The position numbers and the translations under genes were made by a program. DNA of 57,733 bases from NCBI GenBank assembly GCA_051294375.1, contig CM119265.1:1239666-1297398 (forward strand), given 5' to 3'. The notes beneath the pieces were generated by a model. That model ran no database searches and was not told the origin of the DNA. It was given only the letters and a program-made list of their open reading frames with translations. This stretch comes from Paraspadella gotoi. Lineage: Eukaryota > Animalia > Chaetognatha. Of the stretch, positions 57,180-57,733 are shown piece by piece (position 1 is the first letter of the stretch; each line of letters starts with the position of its first letter).

Positions 57180-57485
57180 CCTTTTCCACTCAGACAACCA
57201 AGCAAGCAATCATTTTTTTTTCACAAATCGTCGTCATGAACAATAACAAAGAAAACAACAATAACAACAACATTAACAAAACAACAACATCAACAACATC
57301 AACAACATCCCTTTCACCAACAACAAAAACAACCCCAACCATTTGCCGCAACCTCTTCCATCAGGTCGTTGCCTCCTTCGAGACTACATCTGTGACGGAC
57401 ACAACGACTGCAGAGACGGGTCCGACGAAATGGGCTGCTTCAAGCGGAAAACACCTTTTCTCTTCTGTCACAGGGATCAATTCAG
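43793..57485 (+). CDS. Multi-exon Cys-rich extracellular-type protein: Thr/Pro-rich stalk, then repeated [di-Cys module + 3 LDL-receptor class A repeats]; incomplete at both ends
   Basis: Phase-consistent exons: <43793-44204, 45105-45438, 45825-45945, 46847-46933, 47549-47647, 48084-48201 (duplicate 51489-51609), 54108-54283, 56379-56473, 57365-57485. Five complete LDLa repeats with C-x-D-[GA]-SDE, plus the start of a sixth. Confidence 0.88.
45105..45438 (+). CDS. LDLa gene exon (PSSLKLDL...[20 protein letters not shown])
   Basis: ctttag| and |gtgagt; phase 0 to 1. Confidence 0.75.
45825..45945 (+). CDS. LDLa gene exon ([11 protein letters not shown]...[13 protein letters not shown])
   Basis: tttgag| and |gtgaga; phase 1 to 2; first half of LDLa repeat 1. 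Confidence 0.85.
45989..46658 (+). mobile_element. Complete TRIM (non-autonomous miniature LTR retrotransposon), family 1, in an intron of the LDLa gene
   Basis: Direct LTRs at 45989-46231 and 46422-46658 (the second is TG...CA, 237 bp). PBS-like TGGTGAAGCCCGAC at 46233-46246, close to the complement of the tRNA-Trp 3' end (TGGTGACCCCGAC). PPT GGGAGGGGGGA at 46411-46421. TSD ATCA at 45985-45988 and 46659-46662. The 190-bp interior is non-coding. Confidence 0.9.
46539..46597 (+). ncRNA. Putative twister-like self-cleaving ribozyme (permutation open after P4) in the TRIM 3' LTR; noisier copy at about 46111-46170
   Basis: GACGG-ggcgct-UAA-ccc-GC-[ctgtaaca/tgttacag]-[cctga-UCCGAAGC-tcagg]; pseudoknot T1 CCG/CGG and T2 GC/GC. 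P1 and P2 are unusually short. Confidence 0.65.
46847..46933 (+). CDS. LDLa gene exon ([29 protein letters not shown])
   Basis: atcag| acceptor; canonical LDLa acidic motif. Confidence 0.92.
47549..47647 (+). CDS. LDLa gene exon ([32 protein letters not shown])
   Basis: ttccag| and |gtcagt; DCGDGSDE motif. Confidence 0.92.
48084..48201 (+). CDS. LDLa gene exon ([36 protein letters not shown])
   Basis: cgcag| and |gtcaaa; the first codons probably contain read errors; frameshifted duplicate at 51489-51609. Confidence 0.88.
48925..49640. repeat. 12-bp satellite (TTGTGGTTGTC[AG])n; duplicate at about 52380-53237
   Basis: Visible tandem units; source of spurious Cys/Val-rich ORFs. Confidence 0.9.
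54108..54283 (+). CDS. LDLa gene exon ([21 protein letters not shown]...[14 protein letters not shown])
   Basis: ctacag| acceptor; phase 0 to 2; second di-Cys module plus first half of LDLa repeat 4. Confidence 0.88.
54337..54662 (-). mobile_element. Truncated family 2 copy with an internal 22-bp tandem expansion
   Basis: Minus strand reads TGGCTCATTGAG...CTCATGACC...TTCCAAGCCCAGGACCCGTTCCATGGCTGC...CTTCAGCCCAC, shared with the other copies. Confidence 0.7.
54461..54608. repeat. 22-bp tandem repeat (CAATTGGGGATCGATCTCGGTA), about 7 copies
   Basis: Head-to-tail units with no spacers. Confidence 0.9.
56379..56473 (+). CDS. LDLa gene exon ([31 protein letters not shown])
   Basis: caccag| and |gtacag; DCFDGSDE motif. 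Confidence 0.92.
57365..57485 (+). CDS. LDLa gene exon ([25 protein letters not shown]...CHRDQFR)
   Basis: catcag| and |gtgg; DCRDGSDE motif. Confidence 0.92.
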
Positions 57486-57733
57486 GTGGNNNNNNNNNNN
57501 NNNNNNNNNNNNNNNNNNNNNNNNNNNNNNNNNNNNNNNNNNNNNNNNNNNNNNNNNNNNNNNNNNNNNNNNNNNNNNNNNNNNNNNNNNNNNNNNNNNN
57601 NNNNNNNNNNNNNNNNNNNNNCAGGTGGGAGAGGGGGAAAGATTCAGACGCGTCTGGTGTTTATTCAGGGATCAATTCAGGTGGGAGGGAGGAAAGATTC
57701 AGGCACGTCTGGTGTTAATTCAGGGATCAATTC

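Overview
Eukaryotic (invertebrate-animal-like), AT-rich, microsatellite-dense genomic DNA from a noisy, gap-filled assembly. Five gaps are exactly 25 N long and four of them are flanked by duplicated sequence. Hand-splicing gives two multi-exon genes. On the minus strand is a Hillarin/LTD-1-like gene (LIM domain, coiled coil, degenerate transglutaminase-like domain; about 36061 to <1605, running off the left end). On the plus strand is a Cys-rich gene (<43793 to >57485) with a Thr/Pro-rich stalk and a repeated unit of one di-cysteine module plus three LDL-receptor class A repeats. An intronless 757-aa XK-related multipass membrane ORF lies antisense inside a Hillarin intron, next to a 179-bp paralogous fragment. 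The most notable observation is a pair of related families of short LTR elements: one complete TRIM with PBS, PPT and 4-bp TSD, plus solo LTRs. Each LTR carries a tRNA-like Pol III promoter followed by a circularly permuted twister-ribozyme-like fold. Both pseudoknots covary between families, and P1 is reduced to a 6-nt palindrome. This is a candidate 'twister retrozyme' system. Also present are a 2.27-kb TIR insertion found in only one of two duplicated copies, and many satellites. All calls were made by eye; no database searches or folding programs were run.
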